The notes: generated by a model not told the origin, from the sequence alone. 64,000 bases of DNA from an uncultured delta proteobacterium (GCA_963728565.1 CAVSLC010000019.1:188334-252333), one strand, 5' to 3'. Counted from the stretch's first letter, positions 51,475 through 60,237 are shown. Numbers and translations are program-made.

Positions 51475-52083
51475 ATGCTGCCTGCGCTGACACCCCGGCA
51501 AAAAACGATCTACGAATTCGTGCTCAAGACGATTCGGGAGAAGGGCTATGCTCCTTCGATCCAGGAGATCGGCAGCCGCTTCAAGATCGCCTCAACTAAT
51601 GGGGTTTCAGATCATCTCAAAGCTCTTGAAAGAAAAGGTTACATTCGCCGCATCGGTAAACGGGCCATCGAGGTTTTGTCGGCTTTGGGCAAACCCGTTC
51701 TAACCGCCACTCGCGAGATCCAGGTCCTCGGCAGGGTTCCGGCAGGAAAGCCATTTTTTAGCGAAGAAAATTCGGAAGGCCTTTTAACCATACCAATGGA
51801 CATGGGAGCCGGAAAACTTTTCGCGCTTCAAGTTAAGGGCGATAGCATGATCGATGCCGGCATTCTCGACGGCGACCGGGTGATCGTAAAGCAGCAGGGA
51901 ACAGCCGAAAACGGCGAAATCGTCTGCGCTATCATCGATGGCGAAGCAACGTTGAAGCGGTTTTATCAAGAAGACGGCGTGATCACGCTTAAGGCAGAAA
52001 ACGAAAAATATGCGCCGATCACCGTTTCGGAAGGAGAATTCCGGATCGCCGGGCGGGTGGTCGGGCTGCTTAGGAAATTCTGA
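51475..52083 (+). CDS. lexA: SOS repressor LexA
   Basis: LTPRQ...GYAPSIQEI...HLKALERKGYI wHTH, Ala-Gly cleavage site (VPAG), catalytic GDSM and TLKR. Confidence 0.95.
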   Translation: MLPALTPRQKTIYEFVLKTIREKGYAPSIQEIGSRFKIASTNGVSDHLKALERKGYIRRIGKRAIEVLSALGKPVLTATREIQVLGRVPAGKPFFSEENSEGLLTIPMDMGAGKLFALQVKGDSMIDAGILDGDRVIVKQQGTAENGEIVCAIIDGEATLKRFYQEDGVITLKAENEKYAPITVSEGEFRIAGRVVGLLRKF

Positions 52084-52097
52084 AGATGATAAAGATT

Positions 52098-52248
52098 GTT
52101 CAAGTAGTTCAAACCGTTCAAGCCGTTTAAGAATGCTTTAAAATCCTATGCGATGAAAGATACGGTCAGTGATTTTTATTGTGAGCTCTGAACCGTCTTG
52201 AACGGGTTAGACGGCTTGAACATTTTGAACGAATTGAACGGCTTGAAC
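52098..52248. repeat. GTTCAA/TTGAAC inverted repeat pair B (9-bp period, no gene inside)
   Basis: GTTCAA at 52098, 52107 and 52116, GTTTAA at 52125. TTGAAC-like units at 52188, 52198, 52207, 52216, 52225, 52234 and 52243. Confidence 0.8.
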
Positions 52249-52258
52249 CATTATTTTA

Positions 52259-52846
52259 ATGCTTTCCCCCGTTAAAAATCTGCAACCAGCGTTAAATCGC
52301 TGGACGCTCACCGAGGTCGCCGGACGATTAGTTGAAATCTCCGCTTCGGTTTCTTCGGCGGCGTTGACTATGACGTTTGGCTTGGTGCGGGAAGCGCAGC
52401 AGCGCGGCGAACCGGTGGGCTGGGTTACTTCGATGGCCAGTTGCTTTTATCCTCCCGACGCGGCTCAAAGCGGCACCGATTTGGCCGCGCTGGTGGTGAT
52501 CCGCATACCATCAGCGGAAAAAATTGCGCGCGCCGGCGAGAAACTGTTGCGCTCCGGCGGCTTTGGTTTGCTGGTATTCGATCTCGGCACGGCCGATATT
52601 CCCATGCCGCTGCAGAGCCGACTGACCGGACTCGCCCATCATCACCAGACAGCATTGGTTTGTCTCACCGAAAAACAGCGCAAGACGTTTTCTCTGGGAT
52701 CGCTGGTGTCGCTGCGCCTCCACGCCGAAAAGAAACGCGCTTCGGAGAATCGTTTTGCCTGCATGCTCAATGTTCTCAAGGACAAACGTCGTGGACCGAC
52801 TTGGAACCATGAAGAGCTCCGCTTCGGACCGGCTGGCCTGTGTTGA
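52259..52846 (+). CDS. imuA: ImuA (RecA-like, degenerate Walker A) mutagenesis protein
   Basis: GRLVEIS, FYPPDAA..G.DL..L and EKLLRSGGFGLLVFD. It lies between lexA and imuB. Confidence 0.8.
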   Translation: MLSPVKNLQPALNRWTLTEVAGRLVEISASVSSAALTMTFGLVREAQQRGEPVGWVTSMASCFYPPDAAQSGTDLAALVVIRIPSAEKIARAGEKLLRSGGFGLLVFDLGTADIPMPLQSRLTGLAHHHQTALVCLTEKQRKTFSLGSLVSLRLHAEKKRASENRFACMLNVLKDKRRGPTWNHEELRFGPAGLC

Positions 52847-54355
52847 TCTGCCGGCGTTTGCACTGCAGCTGCTGCTCAAGCGCCATCCCGAGTGGCGCGC
52901 TTATCCGGCGGCGGTGGTGGCCGAGGACAAACCGCAGGGATTGATTCTGCAGATCAATGAGAGAGCCCGGCGTTGCGGCGTACTTCCCGGGGTGCGCTAT
53001 GCCGCGGCTTTTTCTTTAGCGCGTGGGCTGCGCGCCGGGGAGGTTCGACCGGATGAAATTCACCAAGCGGTCGACGTCTTGACCCAACGGTTGATGCGCT
53101 TCACGCCCGAAGTCGAGCCCTCGGCGCCGGAGCCGGGAGTATTCTGGTTAAACGGCAAAGGTCTGCAGCGCCTTTATGCGTCACCGCAAGAATGGGGCGG
53201 CGCTATTTATCAAGACATTAAAACGCAAGGATTACAGGCTAGCCTGGTTGTCGGTTTTAGTCGTTTCGGCAGTTATGCAGTCGCTAAAGAAAAACCGGGG
53301 ATAACGATTTTCGACGATCCCGCCGACGAGGGCAACGCGGCGCGCAAAGTGCCGCTGGATCGTCTGGACATCGAAGCTAAGTTTCGCGATACGCTTTTCA
53401 AGCTCGGCATCAAAACGGTAGGCGGTCTGCTTTCGCTTCCATCGGCAGGGTTGCGCGAACGTTTCGGCGCTCAGGCTCATCGTCTCTACCGGATGGCCGC
53501 CGGCGATCTCTGGCTTCCGCTCGACCCATGCGCGCCGGAAGAGACCGTTGCGCAACGGCACCTGCTCGACGATCCTGAAACTGATATTACCCGGTTGCTC
53601 TTCCTCATCAAACAACTGCTTCACCCAATGCTGGCGACGCTTGCCGTGCGCACCCAGGCGCTCAGCGCGCTAGGGCTTGGTTTTCTGATCGATAAGGGCG
53701 AATGGCTCAAAGAGCAAATTCGCCCCGCCGTGCCCACCCTCGAAGCGATTCAGATACTCGATCTGGTGCGCCTGCGCTTGGAGTCGTTAAAATTTCCCGC
53801 CGGCGTTATTGAAATCGAATTAACAGCCGAGGCCTGCGCCGCCACCGTCGAGCAACTCCGCCTGTTCACCGAGCAACCGAAGCGCGACTTCGATTCGGCC
53901 AATCGCGCGCTGGCGCGCTTGCGCGCTGAATTCGGCGCCGAGGCGGTCGTCCAGGCAAAATTAAAAGACGGACATCTTCCCGAAGCGCGATTTACTTGGG
54001 AACCGCTCGACTCAAGTTAAGATTACCCCAGAACAGTTTGAACGGAGCGAAGCGTTTGAACAATTTGAACGAATTGAACCTGGCCGCTCCCAATATGTTG
54101 GTGCGCCGCATCACCGAAAAACCGATCATGCTCGCCGGCGGACCGTTTAATAGGCACGAGGACGGCTGGCTGCTCTTGGGCCCCAAGCACGGCAGCATCG
54201 ACAAGCTGACCGGCCCCTATGTCTATTCCGGCGGCTGGTGGAATCGCGAAATTCAACGCGACTACTACTTCGCCGAAACCCGCCGCGGCGATCTCCTATG
54301 GCTCTACTATGATCGGGTCAGAAGAAGGTGGTTCTTACAAGGAACTATAGAATAA
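52809..54355 (+). CDS. imuB: ImuB inactive Y-family polymerase, frameshift near 54010
   Basis: RLACVDLPAFALQ, ARRCGVLPG, FTPEVEP and LGIKTVG. The C-terminal GGWW...RDYYFAE....LWLY.D....WFLQG is in the shifted ORF 53996-54355. Confidence 0.85.
54038..54079. repeat. TTGAAC 9-bp-period repeat inside the imuB coding sequence
   Basis: TTGAAC at 54038, 54056, 54065 and 54074, translated as LNGAKRLNNLNELN. Confidence 0.75.
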
Positions 54356-54357
54356 CA

Positions 54358-54918
54358 GCCGTTCAACGGTTCAACAGTTCAACTGTTCAACGTATGAGAA
54401 ACCATAACAGCAGCGGAATATAAAACCCTTACGTTCGCGGAGGCTACATGACGGTACAAACTTTCGAAGACTTGCAAATCTGGAAGGAAGCGCGTCGCTT
54501 GACTCAAGAAATTTACCGTCTCACCAGGGCGGCGACTTTCTCGAAGGATTTCAGCCTGACCAACCAAATGCAACGTGCCGCAATCTCGATGATGTCTAAC
54601 ATCGCCGAGGGTTATGAACGCGGTGGAAATCAGGAACTTTCTCAGTTCCTGTATATCGCCAAAGGCTCCTGTGGTGAGCTGCGAGCTCAACTTTATTTAG
54701 CATTCGATCAGGGCTATGTGACGCAGGCAAGAGCTGACGAACTCAACAACTCACTTAAGCGACTGTCGAGCATGATTAGTAATTTCATCAGCTATCTACG
54801 TGAAAGCGGCATGAAAGGCGAAAAATTCAAAAATTCAAAAACCATGTCTAGGATCTAAAGTTTAGATTCTTTGGATTGGCTTACGTTGAACATTTGAACG
54901 GTTGAACGGTTGAACGAC
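54358..54918. repeat. 36-bp inverted repeats (8-bp GTTCAACN units) enclosing the four-helix-bundle gene
   Basis: Left arm 54358-54393 versus the reverse complement of right arm 54883-54918 is 32/36 identical by manual alignment. Confidence 0.85.
54448..54858 (+). CDS. Four helix bundle protein (23S rRNA-intervening-sequence protein family)
   Basis: FEDLQIWKEAR, DFSLTNQMQRAAIS..SNIAEG.ER and FLYIAKGSCGELRAQL. GGAGG RBS. Confidence 0.92.
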   Translation: MTVQTFEDLQIWKEARRLTQEIYRLTRAATFSKDFSLTNQMQRAAISMMSNIAEGYERGGNQELSQFLYIAKGSCGELRAQLYLAFDQGYVTQARADELNNSLKRLSSMISNFISYLRESGMKGEKFKNSKTMSRI

Positions 54919-54941
54919 TTATAAAACACGAAGGAGTTACC

Positions 54942-55241
54942 ATGCTACCAAAACGTATAGCGATAATCCACCCGGGTAGAGTTGTTCTAGAAGAGTTTCT
55001 CGCTCCGAAAGGTATCAGCGTATTTCGCCTCGCAAACGAAATCGGCGTCTCGCCGCGACGCCTCTACGAGATCGTGCAGGGGCAACGTCCGATCAACGCG
55101 GATATTGCGCACCGATTGGCGCATTACTTCGGCATGTCCGAGCGCTACTGGCTGGACTTGCAGGCGCGGTACAATTTAAGTGCAGCGAATGATGTGTATC
55201 GTAAAATCACGGTGAATCGTTGTCTGACAGCAGCCAAATAG
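54942..55241 (+). CDS. higA: HigA-family antitoxin (HTH), orphan
   Basis: IHPG..LEEFL.P.GIS...LA..IGV...R..EIV.G.R.I.AD.A.RL..YFG.S..YWL.LQ. Confidence 0.88.
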   Translation: MLPKRIAIIHPGRVVLEEFLAPKGISVFRLANEIGVSPRRLYEIVQGQRPINADIAHRLAHYFGMSERYWLDLQARYNLSAANDVYRKITVNRCLTAAK

Positions 55242-55305
55242 ACTAATGAATCTGACAAGGAACAGCACTAACACCATTAGTCTCTTCCCCTGAAGGGAGT
55301 ACGAG

Positions 55306-56421
55306 ATGGCACAGGATACCAGTCCAAGCTATTGGTCGGAGTACAGCAATCTTCAGCACGTGAAGCACGCGCTGATAGGGGAGTATCTTAAGGGTTGGTT
55401 TCCAAAGCTTGGCCTGTGGAGTGGACGTATCGTATACCTGGATACGCATGCCGGGCGTGGTAGGCACGCAGCCGGGCAAACTGGGTCTCCTGTAATGGCG
55501 CTCGCCACATTGCTATCCCATACCTACCGTGATCGGATTTTAGACAGAAGTGAAGTCACATTTTTACTGATTGAGCACGATCCCAAAAACGTCGATTCAT
55601 TGCGGGCTGAGGTTGCCGCTTTAGGGCCACTTCCAGCGCGAATTCAGGCGCACATCAGTTGTGATGATTGCTTCACGCAGCTAGAACGGGTCCTATTGCA
55701 TATTAGAGAAAAAGGCAGAAGGCTCGCTCCCGCTTTCGTGTTTGTTGATCCATACGGTTTTAAAGTCCCGGGAGATCTCATTCGACAACTTTTGGCTGCG
55801 GGTCGAGTGGAAGTTTTCGTGAATATCATCTGGCGCGAGTTGGATATGGCGATGGCTCAAGCGCGGCATCAATCCGATGGGCGGATGGTGGATACACTTA
55901 ACCTAGTGTTTGGTGGAAGCGGGTGGCGTAACATAACGAATGAATCGTCTTTCGACGTTCGGGCAGATAAGGCGATTGATCTTTTACGTGAGCTATATGG
56001 TGCGCGGTGGGTAACGTCCATGCGAATGCTCGGTGATAACAAAGTTACAAGATACGTTTTAGCGCATTTCACCAACCACGAGGCAGGTCGCGATCTCATG
56101 AAGGATTGCATGTGGGCTGTTTGTCCTGATGGTGGGTTTTATGCACGCCGATCAGATAATCCAAATCAAACTTTACTTATCGAGGTTAAGCCGAATTTAG
56201 CTCCACTGGATAATTGGCTTATGGAACAGCTTGAAGAAGGAGCCATCCGTTGGTCAGCTCTGTCGGAGTGTGTGCGCAGTGAGTTGTGGCGACAAGCCCA
56301 TCTGTCGCAGTTGATCCGAAAACGACGACGTGAGGGATCGATCGTGGCGTTTAAATTCACTGGTCGATTTTCTGAGAAACCTGATCCGTGTTTGGCTATC
56401 TCAGCTGAGAAAGGACATTAG
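55306..56421 (+). CDS. tcmP: Three-Cys-motif partner protein (TcmP, SAM-methyltransferase-like fold)
   Basis: [20 protein letters not shown] and FVFVDPYGF. Adjacent to a DUF5131 gene. Confidence 0.8.
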   Translation: MAQDTSPSYWSEYSNLQHVKHALIGEYLKGWFPKLGLWSGRIVYLDTHAGRGRHAAGQTGSPVMALATLLSHTYRDRILDRSEVTFLLIEHDPKNVDSLRAEVAALGPLPARIQAHISCDDCFTQLERVLLHIREKGRRLAPAFVFVDPYGFKVPGDLIRQLLAAGRVEVFVNIIWRELDMAMAQARHQSDGRMVDTLNLVFGGSGWRNITNESSFDVRADKAIDLLRELYGARWVTSMRMLGDNKVTRYVLAHFTNHEAGRDLMKDCMWAVCPDGGFYARRSDNPNQTLLIEVKPNLAPLDNWLMEQLEEGAIRWSALSECVRSELWRQAHLSQLIRKRRREGSIVAFKFTGRFSEKPDPCLAISAEKGH

Positions 56422-56423
56422 TT

Positions 56424-57164
56424 ATGGCAGGAGACAGCCGAATTGAATGGACCGATGCAACCTGGAATCCGGTTACCGGGTGCACGAAGATCAGTCCTGG
56501 ATGTAAGAACTGTTATGCGCATCGGATGGCGCGTAGATTATATGCGATGGGGCAGGTGAGATACAGGAATAATTTTGCTGTTACTCTACAGCCGGATGTA
56601 GTTGACCAGCCTTTGCACTGGAATCAGTCCCGGACAATCTTCGTCAATTCGATGAGCGATCTTTTTCACCCCGATGTTCCGTACGAATTCATACACCGGG
56701 TTTTCAATGTGATGGCGAAAGCCAATTGGCACACATTTCAGATCTTAACCAAGCGATCCGAGCGACTGGTGGAACTCGCGGGAAAACTTCCCTGGCATAA
56801 TAACGTCTGGATGGGCGTGAGTGTTGAGAATGCGGACTATACCTATCGCATCGAACAGTTGCGGAAGGTGCCTGTGGCCGTTCGGTTTCTATCAGTCGAG
56901 CCATTGCTAGGACCTATTCCTCGACTGCCGCTTCAAGGAATTCACTGGGTAATAGTCGGCGGGGAGTCCGGTCCAGGAGCGCGCAACATCGATCCGCGAT
57001 GGGTGAGAAAGATTAGAGATCGGTGCATTGCGCAAGGAGTTCCGTTTTTCTTCAAGCAGTGGGGCGGGATGAGAAAGAAGTTAACCGGTCGTGACCTCGA
57101 CGGCAGGACATGGGATGAAATGCCAGAATTAGATCCGAAAAGGTCTAAGCGAGGTTTGGGTTAA
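56424..57164 (+). CDS. DUF5131 / phage Gp37-Gp68 family protein (Cx6Cx2C, radical-SAM-like)
   Basis: [49 protein letters not shown] and FFFKQWGG. Confidence 0.92.
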   Translation: MAGDSRIEWTDATWNPVTGCTKISPGCKNCYAHRMARRLYAMGQVRYRNNFAVTLQPDVVDQPLHWNQSRTIFVNSMSDLFHPDVPYEFIHRVFNVMAKANWHTFQILTKRSERLVELAGKLPWHNNVWMGVSVENADYTYRIEQLRKVPVAVRFLSVEPLLGPIPRLPLQGIHWVIVGGESGPGARNIDPRWVRKIRDRCIAQGVPFFFKQWGGMRKKLTGRDLDGRTWDEMPELDPKRSKRGLG

Positions 57165-57172
57165 AGATACTG

Positions 57173-57273
57173 TTGAATCTTCTACTGAACGGCTTGATCG
57201 ATTGGAACGGCTGAAACTTTGGAACGATAGAGCCACGTAAGCTTTGTTGAAAGTTAAACATCGAACCTTGAAT
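57173..57273. repeat. Degenerate TTGAAC-type repeats upstream of intI
   Basis: ~9-bp period (CTGAAC 57185, TTGATC 57194, TGGAAC 57203, TGAAAC 57212) and 7-bp period (TTGAAA 57247, TTAAAC 57254, TCGAAC 57261, TTGAAT 57268). Confidence 0.55.
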
Positions 57274-57298
57274 GGCGTCGACTACGGGAGGAAACAAC

Positions 57299-58334
57299 AT
57301 GGAAAACGCCAAAGTATATGAACTAAACCGAGACCGAATCTCCGCGAGCCAGCCAGCACTAACGGTCAGCTCGCTATCATCAGCGAAACCCAAGCTCCTC
57401 GATCAGGTCCGCCAGGCGATTCGCACGCGCCACTATAGTTACCGAACGGAAAAAGCATATGTTCATTGGATGAAGCGCTATATCTTCTTTCATAACAAAC
57501 GCCGTCCACAGGAAATGGGCGAGGCTGAGATTGCACGATTTCTATCAAGTCTGGCCAGTGACGGGCACGTTAGTGCATCAACACAGAATCAAGCCTTGAA
57601 CGCGCTGCTCTTTCTTTATCGAGAGGTTCTAGGCAAAAATATCGGCTACGTCGACGGAGTCGTCAGAGCCAAAAGGCAGCCGCGCCTGCCAACTGTGCTG
57701 ACCCGAGATGAAATCAAGGCGATACTGAGCCAGCTTCAGGGTGTCGAATGGCTGATGGCCGCTATACTTTACTGCGCAGGCGTTCGCCTCATGGAATGTT
57801 GTCGCCTCAGAGTAAAGGACGTTGACTTCTCCCGAAATCAAATAACAGTGCGGTCCGGCAAGGGTAATAAAGATCGATACACGATGCTCCCTCTGGCAAC
57901 GAAAGACCCGCTCATCAAACAGTTTGGAATAGCGAAGCGGCAACACGAACTCGATGCGGAACGAGGAATGGGCCGAGTCGTTCTGCCGAATGCCTTAGCT
58001 CGCAAATATCCAAACGCTGGGAAAGAATGGGGATGGCAATGGGTTTTTCCGCTACCCGGTATTACGTGGATCGGTCGACTGGGGTGCAGTACAAGCATCA
58101 TTTGCACGAGTCGGTGAAAAAAGCCCTAATGGCTGCCTCCATAAGAGCTTTTCGAATCCGGCTACATGCCATTCCTTGCGACATTCGTTTGCGACGCAGT
58201 TACTGGAGGATGGCTACGACATCTGAACGGTACAAGAACTGCTCGGGCACAAAGACGTGAGCACGACGATGATCTACACTCATGTCTTGAACCGTGGCGG
58301 GCGCGGCGTATTGAGCCCAGCGGATCGGCTCTGA
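57299..58334 (+). pseudogene. intI: Integron integrase IntI, disrupted (2 frameshifts plus an in-frame TGA at 58224)
   Basis: KLLDQVR..IR.RHYS.RTE.AY, SASTQNQAL, GKG.KDR, the IntI-specific [45 protein letters not shown] and TTMIYTHV. Confidence 0.9.
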
Positions 58335-58339
58335 TTGAT

Positions 58340-58519
58340 TTTGATATACCTGCGGGCTGATATCCGGATATGCCGCAAACTCGCGGCGTTTGCTCTAAGG
58401 AATATCCTTGACAGATTTTGGCAATCTAGGTGATATCTTGCGTGGTTTTAGCGATATCAGATGAGAACCATCGGGCGTGATATCCCGCCGAACTCAGGCG
58501 GTTCACTTATTAGTTAGGC
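58340..58519 (+). other. Putative attI region / cassette promoter; crossover core GTTAGGC at 58513-58519
   Basis: GTTAGGC is complementary to the first cassette's R'' GCCTAAC (58960). TTGACA at 58408 and repeated GATATC motifs. Confidence 0.6.
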
Positions 58520-58569
58520 CTCACGGAGCGGTGCACCGATAAAAAATCAAACCAACAGAAAGGACGTCT

Positions 58570-58884
58570 ATGAAATACATGCTCACCTGGTCCGAACGTC
58601 CGCAAGGTTCGCCTATCGAGTACGAGAATGCCCAGAAGCGGATTCTGGAGGTTTTCACTCAATGGAAGGCGCCCGCCAATTTCAAGATCGAGTTGTTCGT
58701 GATCCGGGTTGGCGACTGGGGCGGGTATATGATGCTGGACTGCGACGATCCGTTGGCGGTTCACAAGTTCTGCTCGATGTTGCCTGCTTTTGTATTCGAA
58801 GCTCGGCCAGTGGTTCCCGTCATGGACGCTGTCCGGGTGGAGCTTGAAGCGATTGCCTTCCGTGATGGGCTCAAAGGCAAGTAA
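58570..58884 (+). CDS. Cassette 1: DUF3303-like protein
   Basis: MKYMLTW..., GGY..LDCDDP.A and FEARPVVPV.DA pattern. AAGGA RBS. Confidence 0.65.
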   Translation: MKYMLTWSERPQGSPIEYENAQKRILEVFTQWKAPANFKIELFVIRVGDWGGYMMLDCDDPLAVHKFCSMLPAFVFEARPVVPVMDAVRVELEAIAFRDGLKGK

Positions 58885-58959
58885 AATTCGAGACGATCGA
58901 ATCGCAATTACCGAGCCTGCGAAAGATGTATTCAAGATGAGGTTGACAGACGAGGCGTG

Positions 58960-59046
58960 GCCTAACCCGCGGCTTAAAACTGATGTCGAAAACGCTCGCC
59001 TTAAGGCTCGCTTTTTTCGCCACGGCTTAGCCGCATCGCGTTAGCT
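58960..59046 (+). other. attC site 1
   Basis: GCCTAAC...GCGGCTTAA / CTTAGCCGC...GTTAGCT imperfect palindrome. Confidence 0.8.
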
Positions 59047-59055
59047 CCTAGGAGA

Positions 59056-59874
59056 TTGCGCATGTTCCAAACTTTGCTCGCGTGGATCGCAATGGCGCTA
59101 GCGGCCAGTTTGGCGGCCGTTACTCCCACCGCGACGGCTCAATCACCATCGCCAAGCATCGGCATAGTGATCATGCATGGCAAGGGAGGCTCACCCAACA
59201 GGCGCGTCTCGGACCTCGCGTCATCACTTGAGGCGAGAAGCTATCTGGTGATTAATCTTGAGATGCCTTGGTCCGGAAGACGCGAGTACGATGTCAGCGT
59301 CGACGCCGCAACAAAGGAAGTCCAATCCGCGCTCGACGCACTGCGAAGCCGAGGCGCTAAGAGGCTGTACGTCGCGGGGCACAGCCTCGGAGCGCTGTTC
59401 GCGCTCTATTACGCTGGAAAGCAGTTGGTTGATGGAGTTATCGCGATTGCGCCGGGCGGCAGCGTGAGCACCCCCATCTACCGGGAGAAACTTGGCGAGT
59501 CGGTAGAGATCGCACGCAGGCTCATCGCCGAGGGGAAGGCAAACGAAAAGACAAGATTCACCGACTATGAGGGCGCCAGGGGAACTTATCCCGTGGTCAC
59601 GACGCCCAGTGCTTACCTCAGCTGGTTCGATCCCGACGGTGCGATGAGTCTCATTAAAGCGGTGAAGGCGATGGACCCGGCAATTCCGGTCTTATATGTG
59701 GCGCCAAAAGGTGACTATCCGATCTTGCTCAAAGCCAAACAGGTGATCTTCGGTGCTCTCCCGCCTCATCCGATGACGAAGCTCTACGAGCCGGATTCGA
59801 CTCATTTAGACGCGCCGTCCGCCTCACGCGACGAGATTCTTCGATGGACGTCGCAGAGAGCAGGCGGGGGCTAA
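59056..59874 (+). CDS. Cassette 2: exported alpha/beta hydrolase
   Basis: Signal peptide, MHGKGG oxyanion loop and GHSLG nucleophile elbow. The stop codon lies within the attC R''. Confidence 0.85.
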   Translation: MRMFQTLLAWIAMALAASLAAVTPTATAQSPSPSIGIVIMHGKGGSPNRRVSDLASSLEARSYLVINLEMPWSGRREYDVSVDAATKEVQSALDALRSRGAKRLYVAGHSLGALFALYYAGKQLVDGVIAIAPGGSVSTPIYREKLGESVEIARRLIAEGKANEKTRFTDYEGARGTYPVVTTPSAYLSWFDPDGAMSLIKAVKAMDPAIPVLYVAPKGDYPILLKAKQVIFGALPPHPMTKLYEPDSTHLDAPSASRDEILRWTSQRAGGG

Positions 59875-59928
59875 CTCAACGCTTCAAGGGACGCCCTCAA
59901 GCGCGCGCCCCTGAGCTTTACGTTAGGC
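59869..59928 (+). other. attC site 2 (60 bp)
   Basis: GGCTAAC...GCTTCAAGGGACGC / GCGCCCCTGAGC...GTTAGGC. Confidence 0.88.
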
Positions 59929-60044
59929 GTATCGATTACCGGACGGCGGTGATCTCTGCTGGGAGAGCCCAAGCCTCACGAATGGAACTTTAAAGAGATC
60001 CGTAGCGCAAAGCATTAGGCTAATGACTGTACAGTACAGCTGAG

Positions 60045-60200
60045 ATGAATCGATATATCCAGAATCAGATGATCTTCACCGTTATTGAAACGCTTCGACG
60101 AATTTTAACGCTTGTTGTCCGGCCAATTTTAAGGACTGTGATAATGAAGCGTCACAATTCCTCCAGAGCAAACAATAATCGAAAAACAGACGAGTCATAA
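60045..60200 (+). CDS. Cassette 3: possible 51-aa ORF (doubtful)
   Basis: MNRYIQNQMIFTVIETLRRILTLVVRPILRTVIMKRHNSSRANNNRKTDES*. No clear RBS or motif. Confidence 0.2.
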   Translation: MNRYIQNQMIFTVIETLRRILTLVVRPILRTVIMKRHNSSRANNNRKTDES

Positions 60201-60237
60201 GAGTATTTGTCTGATTATCGACAAAGTTGAAGCACAC

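Noticed and set aside
54448-54858. Four-helix-bundle gene as the Avd of a diversity-generating retroelement
   Set aside because: No reverse transcriptase and no TR/VR repeat pair were seen in the window.
51276-57273. GTTCAA/TTGAAC repeats as a CRISPR array or as alphaproteobacterial LexA boxes
   Set aside because: The units are 7-9 bp with no spacers and no cas genes. GTTC-N7-GTTC needs an 11-bp period, which is not observed.
58224-58226. In-frame TGA in intI as selenocysteine or recoding
   Set aside because: The position corresponds to a conserved Arg, not Cys or Trp, and TGA is an ordinary stop in many genes here.
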